64,000 nt of DNA from Ascidiella aspersa (Eukaryota), in assembly GCA_963924565.1 (NCBI GenBank), contig OZ004613.1, positions 22,258,001 to 22,322,000 of the forward strand, given 5' to 3'. A program made the translations under genes and the position numbers. This document shows, piece by piece, positions 24,691-37,032 of this stretch. Under the pieces are notes generated by a model. It was not told where the DNA came from, ran no database searches, and saw only the letters and a list, made by a program, of their open reading frames with translations. The number at the start of each line of letters is the position of its first letter. Within the stretch, counting starts at the first letter, position 1.

Positions 24691-26499
24691 GCGTATCGGA
24701 AACGATTTTGTTTTTCAGTGCCGGTGCTTCCCCATTTTTGCGCCGCATGCCGACGCCTCGTTAAGGGTCGTGAGTCCGTGAGGCGCTTATGGGCTGGCTA
24801 ATTTCGGATTTCTTGCATTCGTGCCCATAGGAAGGGCGCGTCGATTTGCGCGCTATACGTCAAACGCATTTTAAGGCGGACTCTGGCGAAAAATACACGC
24901 GCCGTATCATGGCGAGGTCTTTTTTAGCGATTTCTCGAGTTGGAAATAGCTCTGGCGAACTATTCCTGACATTTCGTTAAACGTTTGTTCATGATGGCTA
25001 AATGTTGCTAATGGAGTTGTATATATTTTTTGGGGGATAAAATGCAAATTCGGGCAGGTTTTCTTTTGTTTTCGTTGGAAATAAAATATTTAAAGCTGCA
25101 AAAACATTAACACTTTTAGACGAACTAAAATTGTATCGACTTGGCCATTTCAAGTTTATAAATAAGCCATTTTCTGATGTAAGCTTTATGAAATAACAAT
25201 TAGATGCCTTTTCCAGAATTTCAAAATTAACTAAATTTTAATTTGTTATAAATGTGCGAACACGTTCACAATAAGCGGCCCCTTATGGACTTCCTTTTCA
25301 TTGAGATGAAAGCTCATATGACCACTCAAACTCGTCCGCTCTCTTACAAGCCAAAAAGCCGGCGGCAACCGCTTATTAAATCTTTTTTAGCTTGATGTAG
25401 GATTCGCCTGCAGCGGTCACGTCGTATATTTTTTTAGAAATATTAACATGAAACGGCGCCGGAACCTCCATTTGCCGGATTAAGAAATACGCGCACGCAT
25501 TACACCATAAAGTAGCGGCACGCATGATATGGTTGCGTGAGACCTGGCGATTGGCAGATAAATATTGCCTTTCGTCGGGCGCGTTTCTCACGCAACACGG
25601 GCGTAAAGTTTGTCGTCGCAAAATATCTTGGGATGGTCCGGGCAACGGGATTACGCCAATCGGATATAAAAATACATTCCAAGCAAGCGGGCTCTGGTCC
25701 CGACGGCGCCAATGCGGAAAAGACTCCGATTCCAGAACGGCACGCGCCATCTCACGACGTAGTGACGGAGGACCTGCGATTGCCAACCGATTGAGGCCAG
25801 GCCCTAACTTGGAAAAGCGACATGCAAAGTTGTTCTGAGCAGTTTTGTAATCATGCAGCCAAAAGAACAAAGTACATTTGTTTAAATAACTTGACTTGAA
25901 CTTGAAGCATAAGCGTATTCAGGATTTTTGTTTGGGAAGGAAAACATGAGAAAGTTTTCAGAGGTGACGACCAAAAGGTTACGTTAAACGTGATGTATTT
26001 TATCTGTAAAAAAGAGAAAAACACTGGGGCGCAGCGTAAAAAAACGACTTTGTTTCGTATAAACTGCCCAAACTTTTATTTTAGAGGGTGCGATGAGACG
26101 CACGGAACCTTCAGGTTGAACCGATTTCAATAAACTATGAGTAAAGAAATACTAAAAACTTAAACAGATTTGTGCAAAGCGCTACACATTATAATTTATG
26201 TGTTTAAAAAAGGCAGAAAATAAAGTTTGAACGGACTATTCACCTCATTATTTGTACGGTAAACAATTTGCTTGCTATATCTTGCTTTGATGTTGCTAAT
26301 CGAAATATTTTCCAGGTTCGAAAGAGTTTACTAATTTTAATATAGTTTATATTTTAGTTTGATGTCAATGGACTAACTTTTACTTGTCTTGCTATAAAAT
26401 TACTTGGACTGGGACTTGACTTGTGCAAAACTACTGGGACACGAACTTGCCTTATTTCAAAAATGTCATAGGCCTACAACACGCGTTCGTGATATGTCC

Positions 26500-26940
26500 T
26501 GTAGGTTGTTGTGTTTCACCGATTATTTCATTGTTTGTGTTTGGTATTGTTTCTTTGCTTAATCGTTTGTACTCTGTTGTTCTTTTCACTCTTTCTTTCT
26601 CACTCACTTTATATCGCTTTTCCTATTTTGCACCTCACCTTTCTTATCTTATCACGTTTTCCGTTGTCACCTAATAATTAGTTACAATTGACAATCACAC
26701 CATTTTTTCCTCGCGTTGTGGTGACTCGCGTACCCGAAAACCAATGGAGACGGTCAGGTTGGGCAAGGCTGGGAGAACGATTCTAATTGGTCACACTAAA
26801 CGTTTGAGCCCATTTTGTGTCGCTGGCCGCATATGGTTTTACGCCTTTCGCATTCGCATGTATTCGGACTGCATTAAATACAATTGTATTAGACGCCTCG
26901 TGTAGCGTTCAGGCATCCGACAGGCCGTCAAGTAGAGGAT
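26500..26940 (+). repeat. Dispersed repeat, copy B
   Basis: Same-orientation diverged copy of 16050-16460; boundaries approximate. Confidence 0.75.
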
Positions 26941-29900
26941 CCAGTATTTTTGGCGCAACAGGTGCTGGCCCGTGCGTCGGTGCGACCACTTTCCCTGAAA
27001 GATCTCTTTCCCGCTTCGGAGTTCGCGACTGACGTCATAGGCGAAAAATGTCTTCGAGTATCTTAAAGACCACGCCTGCTTGGATAAGGCTTGCTGTTTT
27101 TGTGCGCCGAACATAATAGGCGGCGAAGTATTTAGTGCGATTAAGCCCGAAAATAGATATATTTGAAGCTATTTTCGAGCCTGACCTGCATTGCATTGCT
27201 CCACTTGATAAACGCGACCTTAGTTAAGAACGCACAAGGAGCGCGAGCTTGGAACAGTTTAGTCAAAGCTGGGTTATCGCTGAACGTCGCACAGGGCGTT
27301 TAGTGTGATTACACCTGCGAACAAATCTGTGCTATTTTTGATTCTGTGTTGACCTTAAGGACGCTTAACTGAAGGTTTGGCCGAAGAAAAAATGTTTTCT
27401 CTGAGTTGCGGAGAATGTTTTGTGACTTGGAATAAAAGTCAATCGTAAGAACAACTGTATAGGGAACACGCTAAAAAGTTGTATTCCTAAGATGCCAACC
27501 ATTTTCACGTCCCATATATTGTCTTGCCTTTTAAATATACTGTGATCCGCATACAAACGCCAAAAGTTCCTCGGCAGTCATATAAAAAGTGGAAATAAGT
27601 AAATAAACAATCATTTATTTCCTTTTAGTTCAATTAATTTCCCAAAATTTTGCTTTCAATATAGCTCAAAACTATCAAATTTGTGACTTAGATGCTTAGA
27701 AATTGGCCATGCTTCGTACAAGCCTCCTTTTACACCTTTACTTTACTTGCGTCGTCAAGACATAACCATCATCGCTTTTAACGATAAGAAGCTTTGTCTT
27801 GAAATATTCACTTGAAATATTCAAGTCCTGTGACCAAAGCAAGGCCGTTTGAGTTTGGGATAACAGATTGGAAGCTATACAGTTGTAGTCTAAACCAAAA
27901 TAAAGAGGAACACGTCTTCAGAAGCACGAACGAATATTTATAACAGTTACCACACCTGATGGTTGCTTTAAGCGAGGTCTGTGGCAACTATACGAAAGGT
28001 ACGGGCGCCGTGTTTAGCGTTATCGGTGCACGCGTATGCGACGGCTAAATATAATGACATTCGCGCATGCAACAATTTGAATGGAATGATATCGGTGTAG
28101 GAGTGCCAGACAGAGATTCCCATATACGTGACGATTTCGTGTTCTAAGCCAGCAGGTAGCGGCAATCGGCAGAACGTGAAAAGGCAAAAATCGCCGCGGA
28201 ACCACTACTAATTATAACCGAAAGTACAATGTCACCCCTCGCCGGAAAGACCTGCGCCAATAGCGGTGTTCCGAAAATGCTGACGCATCGCCGGAGTCCT
28301 GTGTCACGATGTGCAACATCATCCTTACAAGACCGAAGGCCGCAAGCCTACCACTTCAGTTTGACAGTGGCAGCGCTAATAATAACGCAGGAACTGCGAG
28401 TGTTTACAATTTTTTGCTTTTGCGGCACACGGTGATTTTTCGACAACTTCGAAGCGACGCAGAATCTGCAAATTGGAAATTTTCCGGAATATCCACGTGC
28501 TTAGATTTTCTATTCTCGGTCTGCTAACGAACAAGTAGATTTATTTTTGGAGCGGCGGTACCTGATTATACCTTCATTGGACATTCGCGCGGAGCCGGAT
28601 TAAAGCAAAAACTGGAAACACTGTCGCGGGTGTGGCTCGTGCACAAGGTCATCTGCAAAATTAGATTCGATCCGGTTCTTAAAGGTTATACCGGGAATAA
28701 TCAAAATGTTAAGAATTGCGGCGCGGTAAACGTGATTCAGGTTCTGTGTAACGTTGCGTCCCATGCTAAACAAATATATTTAGATGCATATAAATAACGC
28801 ATGATGTCAAAATAGCCTAACATCCTCATGTAAAGTTTGCCAAGATTTCAAAGGTTACCGCGTGATGGTAATTTTGGATTTAATCTACCCAGTATAGTTC
28901 TCCAACTTGGTCATCTGACCAATCCTTGTCATTTTTTAGAAATAATGCAAGAGCCAACCAATTTTTAAAACAGGGAAGTTTAACTAATCAGGAGCAATTT
29001 CTGTAACATCCAAATAAGTACATATACAAACTTCTTGTAGTACAGAGTCCGTTAAATTATTTATTAATTGTCATTAAATGAAAAAAAAAATTAAATAACT
29101 TAAAAATGTGTACCGCTTAAAGCATAGGCGAATTTTTCCTTTAGTCATTTAAAAATATTTGCGTTAAGGACTTGTTAGCCGACTTATGTCTGACAAACAA
29201 CTATTCAAATGAAACCCAAAACTATATAGATCACAGTTATACACGCAAGTGCATGAATGGTTTCATAGATGAACCCGATTAGAAAATATTTTCTTCCAGA
29301 ATTTTTATTAAGCGATTGGATATATATATATATACCAACTTCGAGAATACAGTAGCCTATACTTTATTATTTATTTGTAGATTGGTGAAATGCGGCGAAG
29401 AAGCGATTTTATTTGCAGTAAACCATCCCTTATTTTTTTACCTTGCTCACGAATTGATGAAAATGTAGATATATTGGTCACACGCACGCCAACGCCAATA
29501 CTAAAGCTTCCTTTCTTTAGCCTCGCGCTCGCAATTAACGATCGAAATCCGAAGGGGCATCTGGGATCCCGAGACAAAGGAGAGGGAGAAGTGGCGCGTC
29601 ATCGAAGGGGGACGGCGTGTCACGATCGGGCGTAGTCGAGGCCGGAGCGTTGCAAGGTTATTACCACTTTCCGTCAGATCCAAACGGCCAAATCCTACGT
29701 TGGCGGACGCTAATGGACGGTTGGTGGCGGCGATCGTTGGAACCGGCCCGCGGGCACACAAGTCGCCTTTGATAGGAGAAAAAACGCGGCGCCCTGGCCG
29801 TTTCTGTGGTGCCCTCGGAACGGAACGGTTCTTTCCGATGTCGCCCCGACACGATTCTAGTATGTGTGTTTATGCCGGTCCACGTGATCGTCTAACGCCG

Positions 29901-32900
29901 GCACGGTTTCGTAGCTTGCGCTCGCCATTGATTGCCGCCCTGAGCCACGCGCGGAAAATGACGCAACCCGGCCCCGGCGCTATTTCGGGATCCGCTTTTT
30001 GAGGATCCACGGTGGATTAGACTTTGGTCGCGTGCGGATTTCTGTAAAGTCGTGTCGAGCGGTGAAAATAGCCTTTCGTTTCTTTGCAAACGGTCCAAAA
30101 GGTCAGCTTACGTGAGTTGAGTGAAGAAAAACGTAAAACGTGGACGCGTCGGCTTTCATGCGGCGACGTAAAATGCCAACTGATGTGTATTTTTGCCATT
30201 TATGAAACGTCCGTATTTTTGCAGCACAGGGTATTTTACAATTGCGGTTTACTCATAGCAATAGCTCACAGATTCGAGTTTGGCCACCAAGCTGCCCTGG
30301 TGGACAATTATATGATGTTCCACGGCGGAAGAAAGATTTGAAATCATTTTACCCGGACCTACTAAAAACGTTTTTGACCAACACACATGGGTCTTCTGGG
30401 GAATTCGATCGCGTTATGATGAGGGTATCTACAAACACAACCATCCCGTTCATTTATGTGGAGATCAGGATTTAAACAAATCTCGCCCTAAAACAAATCT
30501 CGCCCTGTTCCGACTATATATGTCCGCCCACAAGTGTATAATAGCGTAACCAGAAAACAGAATCATCGTCGTTTTTCGGCGCCGAAAATAGCCACGGCGC
30601 GCTTGTTTTGTGCGACCGTGGCGTTGCTGCTTACCGACACAATGTGATGGCCAGGTGCCGCCAAAAACCAAACAAGCAGCGCCTCGCCATAACGCGTGAT
30701 AATGGGGGCGTGTTTCGAATGAATTTGGCGTTAAATCAACAGCGAAACAACTGCGAAGATTCGTCGCAGGCCCGAGGAAGCGCGGCCCGGGGGTAATTGG
30801 GTGATTTACCCGCGCCCCAGTGACAGACAATCGCCACGCTGGGGCCTTAATTTGTCGCCGGCCCAAACCCCGCTTACTGAACCCTCGCGCCCCAAAAAGC
30901 CGTTGCCATGGCGGCGCGGCGACACACAGCAGGCCCCACCGGAAAGGCTCCGACGTTCCATTATCGATTGTTTGGATTCGCTCCCCGATCGAGCGAAATA
31001 AAATTATCGCACTTGGCCGAACCGGTGTGATTATGAGTGGCGTTTCGCCCGAGCCCGCGAATCGCGCCCTGGCGTTCCGCGTTGGACGGAAAGGCAATAT
31101 TTTGCGACTAAAAGGTCAAAACTCGCGTTGTTTTCACTTCGGGTCGACGCCGCCACCGTAGCGTGACCAGCACGCGCGCGCTCGACCCTCGATTGCTGTA
31201 TTTTATGGCGCTTAGTGCAAGGTGCGGTCTGGAGGCGAACCTCGACAGAAAGAGTACGCGACGTTTTGGTTACGTCACAATGAGCGTGGCGAAATACTTC
31301 CATTACGCGACCCTATGTGGCAAGGCGAAAGCCCCCCCCCACACACCCCTCTGTCTCTGTCCCTCTTTCTATTCGCGAGGGATATTTCATCGTTCTGCGG
31401 CCAGAGAGATTTCGACATATTTTGGGTCGGCGAGAAATAGCAGAACGTCAATAAATGTTTATTAATGCCCGCCCGCCCCCGAAAAACGATGGCGGGTTTC
31501 GCCGGCAGCTAAGTGCACCAGCGGCGCGCACCTGTGCCATTCAGAACTCGCCAGCCGTGTATTGACCTTTGCGGGACGCATTAGCAAGTATTCGAGTCGG
31601 AAGAAAGCTTCCTAATCTTACAAGAAACGTATAGAAAAAGAAACTTGAAAACAACACCCCTTTCCTACTTGAGTTTTCATAACATTATTCGGTTTTATTT
31701 TTGGGTTTTGATATAGCCAATATCGTTTGTTAACAATTTCCTCATTTTTAGCGTGGTATTTTTGCCTTTAGAATAAAATTGGATTCTATTTAAGGCAGGT
31801 ACCCGACTTGAAATGTTATTATTATTTAAAATGTTTAATAAATGCCAGACATTTGTGTGGGATCTCTATGTTATTGTTTTTTTTTTATTGAACGTTCTTT
31901 GTTGAGACACACCTTAATCAATCTATATACGATGATCGGATTCCCACGTCGGTATAATTGGGTTAAAACCAAAATGGTTCATTTTCCAATTTGAATGGGC
32001 GATAATCATATTTAGTGTCTCTTCGTCACCAATGAAATTCATTCTCCCACGACGACCAGTTGCTTTTCGCTGAAGGTTAGTAATTGAACGATGTCAACCA
32101 ATTATAACTTCGGGTCCGGTCAAAAATGCATGTCAAAATAATAAATTTATCACAAAATTGTTCGTTATATATAACTGCAAATCTAAGCAATTCGTGTAAT
32201 ATTGAAGCCGACTTTTTCTATACATGCACCGGTTAACAAAGTTTTTGCAATGTGTTTTTATCAAAGTACAATTTTTTTAAACTGGCCCTCTATCTATATT
32301 GCTCATATAATTAATGATTTGGATCTTTTTCGATCAATAATTTACAACAGATTGAAGAAAATTAAATGTGATTGAAATATAAATACAATCGAAGGTCCGG
32401 CGAGGCAATGTTTATTCCCACGCCCCACCATTTAAACGATTTAAATAGCAGCGTGATTTTAAATTGCTAGTATGTATTCCGTAACAAATGTCTTGGACTC
32501 TTACAAATTAGCAACGAGGCGTAAATGGTGTCCGAAATCTTTTTCGTGTTTAGCCGTAAAGACAAAATAATTATTCTACAAATGTCCCGCGTGCCTGCAT
32601 TGGACGGTTATAACGCACTGACCCGATTTGAGACCCACTTTATTGATTATTTTTGAACAGTATACACTTAGGCCAATATATCGTGAATCAGTATAAGTTG
32701 TCCTCAAACTGGGATTCGCGAAGCCGTAGAGGCCGAGAATAACGGGTATGGGCGCTTTCTTTTTAATTTATTAACTAATTAGTCGGTGCACCATCGTGTT
32801 ATTGGGTTTTAGTTGTAATGGATACTTTTGACGGCTCTGTACAGTAAGTAATTTTATAGGGTACTGATTTAAGGCTTGAGTGATTATTGCAGTGCCGATT

Positions 32901-35900
32901 ATCGCAAAGCTTGATTTCTACATCCTACATTAGAAAAAAAAAGTTCACTTGTCCAAGCACTTTCTTCCGCCTTATCGATCAATGTTTACCGCCTATATTA
33001 TAAGAACCTAAAAAGATCAGGCCAGTTTTTTTAAGCGGCCCCGTGAACAGGGATCTCGCGAGACACTCGAAAACGACAGGTTTCGGTGAAGTGGGGGTTG
33101 GCATCTGTTACCCCACAAGATGGGGGAGGGTCTGGGGGTCCGGGGCGCGCGTGGGTGGCATCTATCAGTCGCGCTCGGTCGAGCCTGGGTCGTAACAATG
33201 GTTTCTGGCGAGAAAATGGGTCAAAACATTGAGTTTCCTGAAGGGTTGTATCCGCGCAACGCCCCCCCCCCCCCACCTATCCCGCAGTCCGTTATGAGTG
33301 GCATTTCGATGCTGAGTTGATAAAAAATGTCTTTCAACGCTGCCAACGCCTTTTCGGTAAAATTTTGCTGTACATGTAACTATTCTGAATCGGAGAGCTT
33401 TCAAGTTATTATGATCTATGATTTTTCGTGCTTCAGATTTAAGCCTTAAAACAGTCTACACCTCACTACTATTTTGCGCACTTTCCGTGCACGTAACTGA
33501 TTTTTTTTTTCGTTGTCAGTAAAATTTTAAACCCGTGCAATAATTTAACGCTGTAGGTGACCGTGATCGTTTACCTGATCTACATACTCTTAGATAAAGG
33601 GTTATTTTGTTTACGTAACATATTGACTCTGACTGGACTAAAATTTTTTATTATTTCGGGATGGATGAGGGATGTCCGATATTTCTTCCGATATCCGATA
33701 TTTTGAACCCAAAGTATTACGATCTGATTCGATACCAAATAACGTTGTTATGCTTGTACACGAAAACCAAGTAAAATTGAAACGTTCAAGAGTACCTTTT
33801 TGGTAATTAGGCCAAAATATGCTTTCTACAGTTAAGTAGTTTTGTTACCCGGCTTACCTACTGTTTGTTTGAACAGCACACCTTGCATAGAAAATACAAA
33901 TTTCAGCGTATTTAACCTTTCGGGAAAAGCGAAATTTTATTTTAATGTCATGGCATAACTTGAGCAAATTATGTTTTGGTCTAAGTAGATATAGATGAAA
34001 ATCGTACAGCTGTAGTACTGCAGCGGGGATCAGGTCCATTCGAACGACTTCATTTTAAATCGCTGCAAATTTTTCGCCTTTTTGGACAACACCTTCCGCC
34101 GTCCCGATTGCGCCCTTTAGTGGTCGAAAAACCAACGTCATTTCGTCAAACTACGTTGCTTACTCTGCGACACATTTGGCCATCAGCGACTTAGCGATAA
34201 ATGCCTTCAAGCGCGTCACAAAACGGATCAGTCGTGAGCGGGTGCGCTTATACTTATATACGCGACTGTCAGTCCTCGCAGAAAGGTATAATTATATTTC
34301 GAAAATTTCCCGGGGAAGTTTCGGACGACGACCTCTTCAGCTTCTCGCGACTCCAAAATATGCCCGTCTTTTGTTGTTAGGAGGTGCATAACAAAAGGAG
34401 GCCGCACCGAAACGCGTGATGGGCAAATTGCTGGTTCTGTTTCGTGCGAAACGCTTTTCGTTGAGTGGCCGATTGGCGATTAACGAGCAGGCGGGACTGT
34501 TTTCGATTTGGCGAGTCGTTTTCGTTACACAATGGACACCTTCTGCCGCGCAAAAATCAAACTCGAAAGTCGAGAATGTTGGCCGGCTGTCGTATTCATG
34601 ACGTTTTTCGAAAGCCCCGTGTTTAACTTCCAAAAATTTAAAGTTTTTCTCACAAACTTAAACACGTAGTATTAGATAATTAACTTTTGAACAGTTTGGT
34701 TTTGACTTGTGTTAGCGTATAGCTTATACTAGGTGGTTGCAGCACCTGTGTGCCTATTTTTGTTTTTCCTAATTCCCTTTTTTACATTTGCTAGGGTGGT
34801 AAAAATAGAAGCATTATTCGTGAAATATTAAAAACAAAATTCCAATCTCTACCTATATAGGCTATACTACCAAATAATCTTAGTAAGAGTGAAGTTAAGA
34901 TTAAAAAATACATATTCCTTATAGTCTGCGAAAAAGGTTACACAATAGATATGGACTAATATTTTTATCCCGTCTAACAGACGTCATTATTTTAGGGAGT
35001 GAAATTGTGTCCTCGTTTTAAACTAAAAACTTTCCTATATTGTGTGTTCTTATTGGTGTACTTCACCACAAAAACGCTATTTTGATGTTTAACCAAGTAC
35101 ATGGAAACTGATATGCGGTCAAGTAGGCCTACTGTATGCAAATGCTTTGAACGACTCATGTTCTATATGCTTATTAAATGTAAAAATACGATCTTATATT
35201 TTCACTAATATAAAACCGAAAACTTTCGAGGACGATGTGCCTCAGCGTTTTGTCTTGCAGCTCCATATAAGGCGCTGTCGCACTGATACATCCGAGGTAT
35301 GCCTTGTCAAAGGCGCGGAAAATAGTACTCCCGCAATACTGTTTTACCCAAAAAAGTATGGCGACGTATTTAGATAGCGATGAGGCACACCACGCGCGCT
35401 CCATTACTTCTTGGCGGCATTAAACAGCCGAAGACCCAGCCAAAAAGTCAAAAGGCAGCAAAACCGGAAAACATTGCTAGACAAACGTCACTGCTTCCGT
35501 TTCTGTATGAAGAAAGGCACGCCCAGAGCTCGAAATAGAAGACATTCGTGCATAACAGCACTATAGTTGGTCAACTTATTTGGCCTGAATCAAGTCGCCG
35601 CGGCGTGGCCGTTTTGGTTGTTAAAGCTACGTTTTTTTTTGTCTGATCTAATCCAGAGTAAAATAAACTTTATTTCTATTTACAGTTGCCCAACAATCTT
35701 TTGCGACATTATCCAAACACATTTTCTTTTATTTTTCTCAGAGTTATTATTTTAATTTGACTTCGAGTCGAAAGTTTGTATAAATAGTGCAAATTTGCAC
35801 GTCTGCTAAACGTCTATAGGTGTTTCTCTTGTATGTCCTTAGTTTAGAATTGGATCATTTTTTGGCATACAAAAGAGGTCTTCATCTTAAGGTCCGACTA

Positions 35901-36441
35901 AATAGATGGTGTAATTTATTTTTCCGTACCTATCAATATATTCATGCCGTTTCTGTCTTAGTGTAGCCAAATGTCACACAACCTTGTTTTTATTAATCTT
36001 CTACAGCAGCTGAAAATGCATAAAATTCAGGAGTGATCGAATCGGAGCCGGCCACATGAAAACAAAACAGGCCAATGTCGTGGGTCTGCATATCCACTAG
36101 CAGACGTGCCAGTTATAACCGATGACCATTAGCGTCAATCTGTAAAGACGCAAATAGCAAAATCACGCGCCCGCAATACCAAAGCGTATAGTCATCGCGC
36201 ACGTATTGGTAGTTTGCGAGCGGGCTAGCCCCAAGCATAACCCGAATACCCGTTCTTCGTGCCAGACCGCCAAATTACGTCTGCAGGACTATTTTTTACC
36301 CAAATGACTTTTGATTTGTCTCTGTCGTTACGTCGAAATATATTTGGGGCCTGGCGAACGCTTTCGAATGACAAGAATACACTAACTGCGTACGCTTAAA
36401 TATAGCTCGTCCAATAGTGACGAATTGTTTCTTAAAGGGAT

Positions 36442-37032
36442 TAGAATACAGCGTCGTGATCCTATACCACGAATTCGTTTGCTCTGTTGACCTTTCTTAG
36501 CAATTTTTATATTTCTGAAAACTGCTACTTGTTAATTTAGGAGTGAATTTGCGAAACTATTTTAAGTGACTCAGTCACAAAAAATACCACATGATGAGAG
36601 TACGTATCTAATCGTTACTCTAAAAATTACTAAATGTGCGATGTGTTAATTCCCTAACAGATATTGTTTGCAACAAAATTCACTCGTTGGATTTTCGGTA
36701 TGACGAACTCTTGGTTTAATAGAAAAACTTTGGATCATAAATTTGGTAATAGAATATAGCGTCGCAATCCTATACCAAGAATTCGTTTGCTCTGTTGTCC
36801 TTTCTTAGCAATTTCCATATTTCTCAAAACTGCTTTACTCAGTTATTTAGGAGTGAATTTGCGAAAGTACTTTTAGTGACTCAGTCGCAAAAAATACCAG
36901 ATGAGAGTAAATATCCAAATGCTACAATAAAAGTTACTAAGTGTGCGATTTGTTAATTCCCTAAAAGAGAATTATCGCAATAAAAAACACTCGTTTGGAT
37001 TTTCGTTATGACGATCTCTTGGTTTAATAGAA
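36442..37032. repeat. Tandem duplication, two diverged copies, period ~308 bp
   Basis: tagaata.agcgtcg..atcctatacca.gaattcgtttgctctgttg ... ctcttggtttaatagaa starts at 36442 and again at 36750. Confidence 0.92.

Noticed and set aside
29371-31465. Long ORFs in the largest GC-rich island (e.g. 30465-31097, 210 aa)
   Set aside because: Overlapping ORFs in several frames, Arg/Ala/Pro-rich, with no motifs or consistent splice structure; expected by chance in GC-rich DNA
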